Source of the DNA: Escherichia phage vB_EcoM_G4498
Sequence record: NC_054918.1
Length of the DNA stretch: 64,000 bases
Strand: one strand, 5' to 3'
Made by a program: the position numbers and the translations under genes. Of this stretch, positions 38,510 to 49,435 are shown one piece after another (within the stretch, counting starts at the first letter, position 1; each line of letters begins with the position of its first letter). Under the pieces are notes generated by a model. It ran no database searches. It was not told the origin of the DNA and was given only the letters and a program-made list of their open reading frames with translations.

Positions 38510-38584
38510 TCTCCGTGACAGGATTTGAACCTACGACATTCTGCTCCCAAAGCAGACGCTCTACCAAACTGAGCTACACGGAGT
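38510..38584 (-). tRNA. tRNA-Pro: tRNA-Pro (anticodon TGG), CCA not encoded
   Basis: acceptor CTCCGTG/CACGGAG, anticodon loop UUUGGGA; abuts tRNA-Ser (dimeric precursor arrangement). Confidence 0.85.
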
Positions 38585-38593
38585 AAATTAAAT

Positions 38594-38667
<74 letters not shown>

Positions 38668-38672
38668 AAATT

Positions 38673-38759
38673 TGGTGCGAGAAGTGGGACTCGAACCCAC
38701 AAGGAAATCATTCCGCAGCATTTTAAGTGCTGTGCCTTTACCAATTTGACCATTCTCGC
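38673..38759 (-). tRNA. tRNA-Leu: tRNA-Leu (anticodon TAA), type II, CCA encoded
   Basis: acceptor GCGAGAA/TTCTCGC, anticodon stem CAGCA/TGCTG, loop CUUAAAA, long variable arm. Confidence 0.85.
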
Positions 38760-38760
38760 G

Positions 38761-38833
38761 CTGGGAATAAAGGACTCGAACCTTTGCATCCTGGAATCAA
38801 AATCCAGTGCCTTACCAACTTGGCTAATTCCCA
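38761..38833 (-). tRNA. tRNA-Gln: tRNA-Gln (anticodon TTG), CCA not encoded
   Basis: acceptor TGGGAAT/ATTCCCA, anticodon loop UUUUGAU; 1 nt from tRNA-Leu (dimeric precursor arrangement). Confidence 0.85.
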
Positions 38834-38929
38834 ATTATTAACAAAGGCTCTCTAACAAGAACCCTTGATGATAGAGGGTATTATCAGTGCGGTATGAGTT
38901 AATAATAACAAATAATTCTTAAAGCATAT

Positions 38930-39217
38930 TTACCATTTATGATGATACGTATTTACGATACATTCAAGACCCAAAGGATTCTTGAAAATATCATATTCAA
39001 GAGGACCTTTTTCTGTTTCAATAAAGAAATCAAAATTTACTGTATTAAATTTACGGTCTTCCTTTACTAATTTAACTTGAGAAGATGAACGATCAATGTA
39101 AACCTTTTCAACTTCAAAACACGTTAAAATGCCATAATCATCGATCAAGGCTTTAGCTGCATCTTGATCATATTTATATCCATTTTCAATGGATGATACT
39201 TTAGCATAAAGAATCAT
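38930..39217 (-). CDS. hypothetical protein (95 aa)
   Basis: ORF. Confidence 0.45.
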   Translation of the reverse strand: MILYAKVSSIENGYKYDQDAAKALIDDYGILTCFEVEKVYIDRSSSQVKLVKEDRKFNTVNFDFFIETEKGPLEYDIFKNPLGLECIVNTYHHKW

Positions 39218-39229
39218 TATCAGCCTCTA

Positions 39230-39628
39230 TCAACGATAGTATGAGTATGGGCATTTACGATTTGCCACCAGTGAAACGATTGGAACCATAATCTGGTTTA
39301 TTTCATTTTCTTTAATAATATCACGCAGCTTATCTTCTGTTTCAGCATACGCAATTAAATCATCATACCCACCACAAGGATAATAATTATCACCTGCGAA
39401 TAAAAGAAAATTTACCTTAGATGGATTTACGTAATAATGGTCTTTAGGATATTTAGTTCCTCTCCAATCAGTTACTTCAACATAACGGTAAGAAAATCCA
39501 TTTTTACTTTCAATCCAACTCCACGCTTCAAAAGGAGTATTAAAAACTTTATCAGGTATTAAATTACCTTCAAAATGAGAAGGATTTGCATAATCCCCGG
39601 CATAAACATAATATTCGTTAATACTCAT
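39230..39628 (-). CDS. hypothetical protein (132 aa)
   Basis: ORF. Confidence 0.45.
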   Translation of the reverse strand: MSINEYYVYAGDYANPSHFEGNLIPDKVFNTPFEAWSWIESKNGFSYRYVEVTDWRGTKYPKDHYYVNPSKVNFLLFAGDNYYPCGGYDDLIAYAETEDKLRDIIKENEINQIMVPIVSLVANRKCPYSYYR

Positions 39629-39814
39629 TTATTCACCTTTAGAAATTTTATCCATAACGATAGCGATTAAACCAATTAAAAATGCTACTACAAGTGAAAA
39701 CACATTTTCTGCTGTAGTTAATAATCCGCATATAAATCCAGCAAACATTGAAAAACTAAAAGCGGAAGCAGAAATTGCAATAGCAACATTTCGAATTAAT
39801 TCACAGCGTTTCAT
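39629..39814 (-). CDS. small membrane protein (61 aa)
   Basis: start at MKRCELIRN (GAGGAG SD); hydrophobic helices. Confidence 0.45.
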   Translation of the reverse strand: MKRCELIRNVAIAISASAFSFSMFAGFICGLLTTAENVFSLVVAFLIGLIAIVMDKISKGE

Positions 39815-39840
39815 TTTATTCTCCTCAGTAGTTGATAGGG

Positions 39841-39872
39841 TAATAGTATCACAACTAAAACCACATGTAAAC
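39841..39872 (-). promoter_or_regulatory. T4-type early promoter (-35 GTTTAC, -10 TACTAT)
   Basis: minus-strand GTTTACATGTGGTTTTAGTTGTGATACTATTACC. Confidence 0.5.
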
Positions 39873-39875
39873 AAT

Positions 39876-40112
39876 TTATTCAACACCAGCGGCTTTCAAA
39901 AGTTTCTTAAGATTGGCAACACCTTGAGCAGAAAATGTGACCTTTCCACCTTTTTCACTGATAGAACCAACCAATTTAGCAAGTTTATCATTAGGAATTT
40001 TTTTAAAATCAGCCAATGTCCCATCAAAGGTTTTTGAAACAAAAGGCAGTTCATCTTCATGTCTTTTAGCTTCTACAATAAATTTTTGATATGTTTCCAT
40101 TTTAGTTTCCAT
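39876..40112 (-). CDS. internal-protein-like protein with capsid-targeting-like leader (about 74-78 aa)
   Basis: N-terminus (METK)METYQKFIVEAK; start may be the second ATG at 40100. Confidence 0.5.
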   Translation of the reverse strand: METKMETYQKFIVEAKRHEDELPFVSKTFDGTLADFKKIPNDKLAKLVGSISEKGGKVTFSAQGVANLKKLLKAAGVE

Positions 40113-40135
40113 TTAGATGTTTTGTTTTGATAGGG

Positions 40136-40167
40136 TAATAATATCACTACCCCATCTAAAAGTAAAC
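40136..40167 (-). promoter_or_regulatory. T4-type early promoter (-35 GTTTAC, -10 TATTAT)
   Basis: minus-strand GTTTACTTTTAGATGGGGTAGTGATATTATTACC. Confidence 0.5.
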
Positions 40168-40177
40168 GGTTTATAAA

Positions 40178-40486
40178 CTATTTTATTCCGCGTGATGCAA
40201 TTGTGTTCTGCCGTTTAACGCCAGTTTGTTTAAAGTCATGATTGTCGATTTGATCGGTACGAGCAACTCCGAATGATGATTTGATTTTAGCCTTAGATCC
40301 TTTAGTTATAGAAATAAACATCTCGGAAGCCCCTTTCTTAAAGTCCGAGGCGATTACTTCAACGCCGTTCTTAGCAAGTGACTTCAGAATTGCCTCTGCA
40401 TACTCATCGTCAAGACTCGTCTGAGTATTAATAACGAATGTCTTTGGCGCAGCCGCTTCATTGATAAATTCTTTAAATGTTTTCAT
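40178..40486 (-). CDS. internal-protein-like protein with capsid-targeting-like leader (102 aa)
   Basis: N-terminus MKTFKEFINEAA; AGGAAAA SD. Confidence 0.55.
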   Translation of the reverse strand: MKTFKEFINEAAAPKTFVINTQTSLDDEYAEAILKSLAKNGVEVIASDFKKGASEMFISITKGSKAKIKSSFGVARTDQIDNHDFKQTGVKRQNTIASRGIK

Positions 40487-40515
40487 TTTTATTTTCCTAA
40501 TTAATTTTGATGAGA

Positions 40516-40547
40516 TAATAGTACCACAACCCTATTTAAAAGTAAAC
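40516..40547 (-). promoter_or_regulatory. T4-type early promoter (-35 GTTTAC, -10 TACTAT)
   Basis: minus-strand GTTTACTTTTAAATAGGGTTGTGGTACTATTATC. Confidence 0.5.
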
Positions 40548-40820
40548 TCATTTTAAATAAATTGCGTATTTTTTATAACCCGCTGACTCATGACGAAGAC
40601 CATTATCATTAGCAAAACGCTCAATGTTGTTAATTTGATTCTGGTCAAGTTCAGAGATGTCAAACACGAAAAAGTTACGTTTGTTACCAACTGTTACATA
40701 GTCAGTTAAATCAATATCATATAGGTAATTGATGTCAGCAATCAAAGTCTTGACAGCTTTGCTAATTTTTACTTTTTCGTTAAAAGCAGCTTCAGCAATA
40801 AATTCTTGATACGTTTTCAT
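40548..40820 (-). CDS. ipI: internal protein I-like (about 90 aa) with capsid-targeting leader
   Basis: start at MKTYQEFIAEAAF (GGAGAA SD); immediately downstream of 57B as T4 ipI. Confidence 0.6.
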   Translation of the reverse strand: MKTYQEFIAEAAFNEKVKISKAVKTLIADINYLYDIDLTDYVTVGNKRNFFVFDISELDQNQINNIERFANDNGLRHESAGYKKYAIYLK

Positions 40821-40854
40821 TTTATTCTCCAATTTCACATTTGTTTTGATAGGG

Positions 40855-40886
40855 TAATAGTATCACTACTAAAACCCCGTGTAAAC
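40855..40886 (-). promoter_or_regulatory. T4-type early promoter (-35 GTTTAC, -10 TACTAT)
   Basis: minus-strand GTTTACACGGGGTTTTAGTAGTGATACTATTACC. Confidence 0.5.
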
Positions 40887-40898
40887 AACTTTGTGAAA

Positions 40899-41583
<685 letters not shown>

Positions 41584-41584
<1 letters not shown>

Positions 41585-42309
41585 TATAGTACCTTTAGTG
41601 TATTTTTAATTTTAGAAAAAAGTTCTTCAAGAGAACCATCGTTTGTAATTACTAAATCGCCATCACGAATTGGCAATCCAGCTTCTGTAATATGTGTATC
41701 ATTGGATTTTTGACCAGGACGAACTACATGAATTACTGTAGCACCCATCGCCCTAGCCGCATCCATTTCATGATCTTGACGGGTATCAGGAACGATATAA
41801 TAATCATAACCTGAGTTAAATTTATCAAGATAATCTAAAGCAAATAATTTTACCCAGTACATGCGGTCGAAGTTATTAACAATCAAATCCGTACCTAGGG
41901 CTTGCATCAGACGACGGACTGACCATTGATCTTCAATATTATTTATAACGTCAATAATCTTGTTAAATGCTACGGAATTAACTGATTCTTGTCCTTCGTC
42001 ATCAAAAACAAACACACCTTTAATTGGGCTTTTACCATTAAGATAGCAAAATGCTTGTTCCATAATGGTGATTACTTCTAATTTAGTCAGATTTAAATTA
42101 GTCTCACGATCATAGTCAATTCCTTCAAACTCTTTACGAGTTAAGCAAGGATAGTCAGTGTTTGCTGCAAATACTCCCCATGCATAAGCCAATGCATCCT
42201 TAATAGGACCAGCAAGTTGGTATTTAATTGCAGAATAATTGCTCATGATAAAATCAGCAGTAGTATCTTTTCCACTACGCTTTACACCGCTTAAAAAGAT
42301 TAGTTTCAT
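41584..42309 (-). CDS. 1: gp1 deoxynucleoside monophosphate kinase
   Basis: 241 aa from ATG at 42309 (GAGGAG SD); P-loop GVKRSGKDT. Confidence 0.85.
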
Positions 42310-42358
42310 GTGTTTCTCCTCAAATTTAATTAAGATTATAACACACAAAACTGAAGCA

Positions 42359-42889
42359 TTAAACTTCTGCTATAATTTTTCCATCTTTTTCTACTTGAAA
42401 ATAGGTGTAAGGAATCGTTGCTGTACATACTAAAGCCGGGTCTGAATCTTCCGTGTAGCTAAATTCTACTTCAGACAGGTCAGAAACCCAAGGCTTATAA
42501 AAATTTATTGACATCACGATTTCAGTTTTGCTATTATCTAAGATGTAAAGCGTAATGTACTCAGGACCTGTTTTTTGGGCAGTATTTTCACCTGTAAGAT
42601 AGTTGCTAGTTCCTAGCATCCATTCATACATTCCTATCCATGACTTAAGTTCTTCATCAACTATAAATCTCACAATGAGTGGATCATACTCGAATGTAAC
42701 ACCTGGACGTTGTGCTCGGCCCAGTCCAAACGGCCCAGTCACGGTATCAGTAACAGGTATTCTAATTCCTGGAATAGGAACTGACTGAGCATTTAAAGTA
42801 AAAGCAGACGTAGTATTACTATGTGGTATTGATACTACAAAGTTAGTTGTATTTGCTTGGTTAAAAATTTGTTGCAGAGCTTGCGACAT
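42359..42889 (-). CDS. 3: gp3 tail tube terminator / tail completion protein
   Basis: 176 aa from ATG at 42889 (GAGGAA SD); size and position as T4 gp3. Confidence 0.75.
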   Translation of the reverse strand: MSQALQQIFNQANTTNFVVSIPHSNTTSAFTLNAQSVPIPGIRIPVTDTVTGPFGLGRAQRPGVTFEYDPLIVRFIVDEELKSWIGMYEWMLGTSNYLTGENTAQKTGPEYITLYILDNSKTEIVMSINFYKPWVSDLSEVEFSYTEDSDPALVCTATIPYTYFQVEKDGKIIAEV

Positions 42890-42995
42890 ATATTCCTCAT
42901 AATGCTTTATAACTATTGGTGGTATAATGGGTCTAAGTCCCTTCCATTCAATTCCATTTAGAACAAACAACAGAAAAGAATGGAAGATAATAGAA

Positions 42996-43820
42996 TTAGA
43001 TATTTGACCAGACTTTGTTTGCAGAGAAACGTTTTCCTTTTGAAACGAACTGCTGAAGTGGCATTAACACAACGTTCGCCCAGTCTTTCGGGGCGATTTC
43101 AACAAGGCTACCCATAATATTACCAGGTATATATGCCTTAATCATTTGGTCTGCACCCCTAAATCCTTTCACTTGACTCCAATCAATTTTTAATTTCGTT
43201 TTATTAGTAATAGTAGGTGTATTTGCATATTGCTTTAAAAGCTCTTCTAGGAATTGCTGACGAGCTTTAGGTGGAATATAGTGCAAGTTCAATCCGTACA
43301 TTAAGTTATGCTTACCTAAACCAAGATAAATTATCAAAGGAAATTTATCCCAGTAAGGAAGAGTTTCCTTGTGTTTAGCATCATAAGCAAAAGCATATAT
43401 TCGTCCCGGCTGCGGGCGAACAACTTTATGTCCTTTTACTTGCTTAATAGTTTCAGCAAACCACTTTCTGGTTTTATTATTAATTGCTGCACCTTCATTA
43501 CGAATTTTATCGCGCAATGTTTGTCTGAATGAATTTATCATAAGCAGTTGTCTTTCTTGCTTATTGAGTTTATTCATTGGTTTTGATTCAAGCTTTTGAA
43601 TCTTTTCAGCTGTTTTAATTCCTGAAGCATATTTTGACATTGCCGAAGTAAACGTAGAATATTTAATTCCTCTTTCTTCAGCAAATTGCTTTCCTGTCAT
43701 TCCTTTTGCTTTGGCCTTTTTGTATTCAAGACCTATCTGAATCCATTTCTTTTCGTTTAATGATTGCTTAACCTTTGGAACTTGGGGAGTGCTTTCATTA
43801 ATTATTTGAAAAATAGCCAT
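42996..43820 (-). CDS. 2: gp2 DNA end-protector protein
   Basis: 274 aa; size and position as T4 gp2. Confidence 0.8.
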
Positions 43821-44272
43821 TATGCCCCCTTAAAGCCAAGAGCTCGTAATCCATCTTCTGTTAGAATTCTAAATTTTATTCCACGCTTTTCAGCTAAAGA
43901 TTGTGCTGCTTTCCATTTGTCAGTATTAACAGAATATGTATAAATTTCATTCATAAATCTTTTCTTCGCTGCAGTTGTTAGATGTGCCGGTTTAACTGGT
44001 GGTTGTGTTTCTTTTTTAGGTTTTATTTCAATAAAAAATTCTTGTCCAGAAGAATCTTTCATCCAAATATCCATGAAGTATCTACGTTTTTTCCCTTCTG
44101 CATTACAAAAATAAGGAATTACTGCTGTTTCACTACCCCATGCAATAATTTCTGGATTTTTATCTAACCATTCAAAAAAGAATTTTTCCCAATTTGATCT
44201 ATACGTAATTTTTTTAGGGTCACCTCTATATTTTGATATATTTTTAGGAACCCATTTTCCAGAATATGCCAT
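43820..44272 (-). CDS. 4: gp4 head completion protein
   Basis: 150 aa; size and position as T4 gp4; AAGGAG SD. Confidence 0.8.
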
Positions 44273-44283
44273 TGGATTCTCCT

Positions 44284-44291
44284 TATAAATA
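44284..44291 (+). promoter_or_regulatory. late promoter TATAAATA upstream of gene 53
   Basis: exact T4 late-promoter consensus about 30 nt before the gp53 start. Confidence 0.6.
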
Positions 44292-44298
44292 GATAATA

Positions 44299-44306
44299 TA
44301 TTTATA
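44299..44306 (-). promoter_or_regulatory. late promoter TATAAATA (minus strand) upstream of gene 4
   Basis: exact consensus on minus strand about 27 nt before the gp4 start; divergent with the gene 53 promoter. Confidence 0.55.
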
Positions 44307-44319
44307 AACAGGAGGGCCC

Positions 44320-44910
44320 ATGCTCTTTACATTTTTTGATCCGATTGAATATGCGGCCAAAACGGTGAATAAAAACGCGCCGACTATTCCTATGACAGAT
44401 ATTTTTAGAAACTATAAAGACTATTTTAAACGTGCTCTTGCGGGATACCGCTTACGTACTTATTATATTAAAGGTTCACCACGCCCGGAAGAATTAGCAA
44501 ATACTATATATGGAAATCCACAGTTATATTGGGTTTTATTGATGTGTAATGATAATTATGATCCGTATTATGGATGGATTACTTCACAAGAAGCAGCTTA
44601 TCAAGCATCTATACAAAAATACAAAAATGTAGGTGGAGACCAAATAGTATATCATGTGAATGAGAACGGTGAAAAATTTTATAATTTAATATCATACGAT
44701 GATAATCCACATGTTTGGTATGATAAAGGCGATAAAGCTAGAAAATATCCTCAATATGAAGGAGCGCTTGCTGCGGTCGATACGTATGAAGCGGCTGTTC
44801 TTGAAAATGAAAAACTTCGTCAAATAAAAATAATAGCAAAATCAGACATCAATTCATTTATGAACGACCTTATACGTATAATGGAGAAATCTTATGGAAA
44901 TGATAAGTAA
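44320..44910 (+). CDS. 53: gp53 baseplate wedge protein
   Basis: 196 aa; size and position as T4 gp53. Confidence 0.85.
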   Translation: MLFTFFDPIEYAAKTVNKNAPTIPMTDIFRNYKDYFKRALAGYRLRTYYIKGSPRPEELANTIYGNPQLYWVLLMCNDNYDPYYGWITSQEAAYQASIQKYKNVGGDQIVYHVNENGEKFYNLISYDDNPHVWYDKGDKARKYPQYEGALAAVDTYEAAVLENEKLRQIKIIAKSDINSFMNDLIRIMEKSYGNDK

Positions 44911-46621
44911 TAACCTTAATTGGTTTGTTGGTGTTGTTGAAGATAGAATGGACCCATTAAAATTAGGTCGTGTTCGTGTTCGTGTGGTTGGTCTGCATCC
45001 ACCTCAAAGAGCACAAGGTGATGTAATGGGTATTCCAACTGAAAAATTACCATGGATGTCAGTTATTCAACCTATAACTTCTGCAGCAATGTCAGGAATT
45101 GGAGGTTCTGTTACAGGGCCAGTAGAAGGAACTAGAGTTTATGGTCATTTTTTAGACAAATGGAAAACTAACGGAATTGTCCTTGGCACGTATGGTGGAA
45201 TAGTTCGCGAAAAACCGAATAGACTTGAAGGATTTTCTGACCCAACTGGGCAGTATCCTAGACGTTTAGGAAATGATACTAACGTACTAAACCAAGGCGG
45301 AGAAGTAGGATATGATTCCTCTTCTAACGTTATTCAAGATAGTAACTTAGACACCGCAATAAATCCCGATGATAGACCACTATCAGAGATTCCAACCGAT
45401 GATAATCCAAATATGTCAATGGCTGAAATGCTTCGCCGTGATGAAGGATTAAGATTAAAAGTTTATTGGGATACCGAAGGATATCCGACAATTGGTATTG
45501 GTCATCTTATCATGAAACAGCCAGTTCGTGATATGGCTCAAATTAATAAAGTTTTATCAAAACAAGTTGGTCGTGAAATTACTGGAAACCCAGGTTCTAT
45601 TACGATGGAAGAGGCGACGACTTTATTTGAGCGTGATTTGGCTGATATGCAACGTGACATTAAATCACATTCTAAAGTAGGACCAGTCTGGCAAGCTGTC
45701 AACCGTTCTCGTCAAATGGCGTTAGAAAATATGGCATTTCAGATGGGTGTTGGTGGTGTAGCTAAATTTAACACAATGTTAACTGCTATGTTAGCAGGAG
45801 ATTGGGAAAAAGCATATAAAGCCGGTCGTGATTCATTGTGGTATCAACAAACAAAAGGCCGTGCATCCCGTGTTACTATGATTATTCTTACGGGAAATTT
45901 GGAATCATACGGTGTTGAAGTGAAAACTCCAGCTAGGTCTCTATCGGCAATGGCTGCTACTGTAGCTAAATCTTCTGACCCGGCTGATCCTCCTATTCCA
46001 AATGACTCGAGAATTTTATTCAAAGAACCAGTTTCTTCATATAAAGGTGAATATCCATATGTTCACACAATGGAAACTGAAAGCGGTCATATTCAAGAAT
46101 TTGATGATACCCCTGGGCAAGAACGATACAGATTAGTTCATCCAACTGGAACTTATGAAGAAGTATCACCGTCAGGAAGAAGAACAAGAAAAACTGTTGA
46201 TAATTTGTATGATATAACCAACGCTGATGGTAATTTTTTGGTAGCCGGTGATAAAAAGACTAACGTCGGTGGATCAGAAATTTATTACAACATGGATAAT
46301 CGTCTTCACCAAATAGATGGAAGCAATACAATATTTGTACGTGGCGACGAAACTAAGACGGTTGAAGGTAATGGAACTATTCTAGTTAAAGGTAATGTTA
46401 CTATTGTAGTTGAAGGCAATGCTGACATTACAGTTAAAGGAGATGCTACCACTTTAGTTGAAGGAAATCAAACTAATACAGTAAATGGAAATCTTTCTTG
46501 GAAAGTTGCTGGGACAGTTGATTGGGACGTTGGTGGTGATTGGACAGAAAAAATGGCATCTATGAGTTCTATTTCATCTGGTCAATACACAATTGATGGA
46601 TCGAGGATTGACATTGGCTAA
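44894..46621 (+). CDS. 5: gp5 baseplate hub / tail-associated lysozyme (cell-puncturing device)
   Basis: 575 aa; internal lysozyme domain EMLRRDEGLRLKVYWDTEGYPTIGIGH paralogous to e; C-terminal beta-helix repeats (VEGNGTILVKGNVTIVVEGNADITVKGD). Confidence 0.95.
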   Translation: MEMISNNLNWFVGVVEDRMDPLKLGRVRVRVVGLHPPQRAQGDVMGIPTEKLPWMSVIQPITSAAMSGIGGSVTGPVEGTRVYGHFLDKWKTNGIVLGTYGGIVREKPNRLEGFSDPTGQYPRRLGNDTNVLNQGGEVGYDSSSNVIQDSNLDTAINPDDRPLSEIPTDDNPNMSMAEMLRRDEGLRLKVYWDTEGYPTIGIGHLIMKQPVRDMAQINKVLSKQVGREITGNPGSITMEEATTLFERDLADMQRDIKSHSKVGPVWQAVNRSRQMALENMAFQMGVGGVAKFNTMLTAMLAGDWEKAYKAGRDSLWYQQTKGRASRVTMIILTGNLESYGVEVKTPARSLSAMAATVAKSSDPADPPIPNDSRILFKEPVSSYKGEYPYVHTMETESGHIQEFDDTPGQERYRLVHPTGTYEEVSPSGRRTRKTVDNLYDITNADGNFLVAGDKKTNVGGSEIYYNMDNRLHQIDGSNTIFVRGDETKTVEGNGTILVKGNVTIVVEGNADITVKGDATTLVEGNQTNTVNGNLSWKVAGTVDWDVGGDWTEKMASMSSISSGQYTIDGSRIDIG

Positions 46622-46631
46622 TATACTTCCA

Positions 46632-47150
46632 ATGAGCGCTGATTTAGGAGAATCCATGGAAGGTTCTTCTATCGACGTCACCTTTACCGCTCAATTAGAA
46701 ACAGGTGAAACGTTAGTATCTATAAATATAACTAGTTACGAAGAAACTCCTGGAGTTTCAGTAGAAGAAAATCGCTTATATGGAACGTATGAATCTGTAT
46801 TTGGATTTGGAAATGACGCATTGAAATATCGTTTAGATGATGAATTTAAAACTGCTGCTTCATGGGAAGACCTTCCAACTGATTCTAATACTCAGTTATA
46901 TTTATGGAAAGCTCCTCAAAACCTCCAGAAGACATTCACTTATGAAGTAACATTAATATATGACTACCAAGAACAAAGTGAATCTGGAGGTTCTGGCAGT
47001 AATTCTAGGTCATCTTCTGATACTACTGAACCAACCGATCCTCCAGCTCCAATAAGAAAAACCCTTGTTAAAAATTACACAAAAACTATAGTTGGAAATT
47101 GGAGTCGTTGGGCTAATAAATTGAGAAGCTATGTATATGAGAGGCCATAA
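46632..47150 (+). CDS. hypothetical protein (5.1-like, about 172 aa)
   Basis: ORF between 5 and 5.4; start uncertain (ATG 46596 or 46632). Confidence 0.5.
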
Positions 47151-47444
47151 ATGTCAGGATTAAGTTATGATAAGTGTGTTACTGCTGGCCATGAAGCGTG
47201 GCCTCCAACAGTTGTGAATGCTACACAAAGCAAAGTATTCACTGGAGGAATTGCTGTTCTAGTAGCAGGCGATCCAATTACAGAACATACAGAAATTAAA
47301 AAGCCATATGAAACACATGGCGGAGTGACACAACCTAGAACTTCTAAGGTATATGTCACTGGAAAGAAAGCTGTTCAAATGGCTGATCCAATATCATGTG
47401 GTGATACTGTGGCTCAGGCATCATCTAAAGTATTCATTAAATAG
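47151..47444 (+). CDS. 5.4: gp5.4 PAAR-repeat spike-tip protein
   Basis: 97 aa; size and position as T4 gp5.4. Confidence 0.8.
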
Positions 47445-47452
47445 GATTTAAA

Positions 47453-49435
47453 ATGGCAAATACCCCTGTAAATTATCAATTAACAAGAACAGCAAATGCT
47501 ATTCCCGAGATATTCGTCGGGGGTACGTTTGCTGAAATAAAACAAAACCTCATTGAATGGCTTAATGGCCAAAATGAATTTTTGGATTATGATTTTGAAG
47601 GCTCAAGATTAAACGTTCTGTGTGACCTTTTAGCTTATAATACATTATACATTCAACAGTTTGGTAATGCTGCTGTGTATGAAAGCTTTATGCGTACTGC
47701 TAACTTACGAAGTTCAGTTGTTCAAGCTGCACAAGATAATGGATATTTACCTACTTCAAAATCCGCTGCGCAGACCGAAATTATGTTAACATGCACCGAC
47801 GCATTGAATAGGAATTATATTACAATTCCTCGCGGAACTCGCTTTTTAGCATATGCAAAAGATACTTCTGTTAATCCATATAACTTCGTTTCTACCGAAG
47901 ACGTTATTGCTATTCGTGATAAAAATAACCAATATTTTCCGCGTTTAAAATTGGCCCAGGGACGTATAGTAAGAACTGAAATCATTTATGATAAATTAAC
48001 GCCTATTATCATTTATGATAAAAATATTGATAGAAACCAGGTTAAATTATATGTTGATGGAGCGGAATGGATTAACTGGACGAGAAAGTCAATGGTTCAT
48101 GCTGGTTCTACATCAACAATTTATTATATGCGTGAAACTATTGATGGAAACACTGAATTCTATTTTGGCGAAGGTGAAATTTCTGTTAATGCTTCTGAAG
48201 GAGCTTTGACTGCTAATTATATTGGAGGTCTTAAACCTACTCAGAACTCTACGATTGTTATTGAGTACATTAGTACTAATGGTGCTGACGCGAACGGAGC
48301 AGTCGGATTTTCATACGCAGATACATTAACAAATATAACTGTCATCAATATTAATGAAAATCCAAACGGTGACCCAGATTTTGTTGGAGCAGATGGAGGT
48401 GGTGATCCAGAAGATATTGAGCGTATTCGCGAATTGGGTACTATTAAACGCGAAACCCAGCAACGATGCGTAACTGCGACTGACTATGATACATTCGTTT
48501 CAGAGAGATTCGGTTCTATTATTCAGGCAGTTCAGACTTTCACTGATTCTACTAAACCCGGGTATGCATTTATTGCTGCTAAACCTAAATCAGGACTGTA
48601 TTTAACTACCGTACAGCGTGAAGATATTAAAAATTATCTCAAAGACTATAATTTGGCTCCTATTACACCATCAATTATTTCTCCTAATTATCTTTTTATT
48701 AAGACTAATTTAAAAGTCACATATGCTTTAAATAAACTGCAAGAATCCGAGCAGTGGCTTGAAGGTCAAATAATTGATAAAATTGATCGCTATTATACCG
48801 AAGATGTAGAAATTTTTAACTCGTCTTTCGCTAAATCTAAGATGTTAACTTATGTAGATGATGCAGATCATTCTGTCATTGGTTCATCAGCGACTATTCA
48901 AATGGTTCGTGAAGTACAAAACTTCTATAAAACACCTGAAGCAGGTATTAAATACAATAATCAAATAAAAGATCGTTCTATGGAATCTAATACGTTTTCA
49001 TTTAATTCTGGACGAAAGGTTGTAAATCCTGATACTGGTTTAGAAGAAGATGTATTATATGACGTTCGTATAGTATCAACAGACCGAGATTCTAAAGGAA
49101 TTGGTAAAGTTATTATTGGTCCATTTGCTTCTGGCGATGTTACAGAAAATGAAAACATTCAGCCATATACAGGCAATGATTTTAATAAATTAGCAAATTC
49201 TGATGGACGCGACAAATACTATGTTATCGGTGAAATAAATTATCCGGCTGACATGATTTATTGGAATATCGCTAAAATTAATTTAACATCTGAAAAATTT
49301 GAGGTTCAGACTATTGAATTATATTCTGACCCAACCGATGATGTTATCTTTACCCGTGATGGTTCACTGATTGTATTTGAAAATGATTTACGTCCACAAT
49401 ACTTAACTATCGATTTGGAGCCTATATCACAATGA
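47453..49435 (+). CDS. 6: gp6 baseplate wedge protein
   Basis: 660 aa; size and position as T4 gp6. Confidence 0.9.
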   Translation: MANTPVNYQLTRTANAIPEIFVGGTFAEIKQNLIEWLNGQNEFLDYDFEGSRLNVLCDLLAYNTLYIQQFGNAAVYESFMRTANLRSSVVQAAQDNGYLPTSKSAAQTEIMLTCTDALNRNYITIPRGTRFLAYAKDTSVNPYNFVSTEDVIAIRDKNNQYFPRLKLAQGRIVRTEIIYDKLTPIIIYDKNIDRNQVKLYVDGAEWINWTRKSMVHAGSTSTIYYMRETIDGNTEFYFGEGEISVNASEGALTANYIGGLKPTQNSTIVIEYISTNGADANGAVGFSYADTLTNITVININENPNGDPDFVGADGGGDPEDIERIRELGTIKRETQQRCVTATDYDTFVSERFGSIIQAVQTFTDSTKPGYAFIAAKPKSGLYLTTVQREDIKNYLKDYNLAPITPSIISPNYLFIKTNLKVTYALNKLQESEQWLEGQIIDKIDRYYTEDVEIFNSSFAKSKMLTYVDDADHSVIGSSATIQMVREVQNFYKTPEAGIKYNNQIKDRSMESNTFSFNSGRKVVNPDTGLEEDVLYDVRIVSTDRDSKGIGKVIIGPFASGDVTENENIQPYTGNDFNKLANSDGRDKYYVIGEINYPADMIYWNIAKINLTSEKFEVQTIELYSDPTDDVIFTRDGSLIVFENDLRPQYLTIDLEPISQ

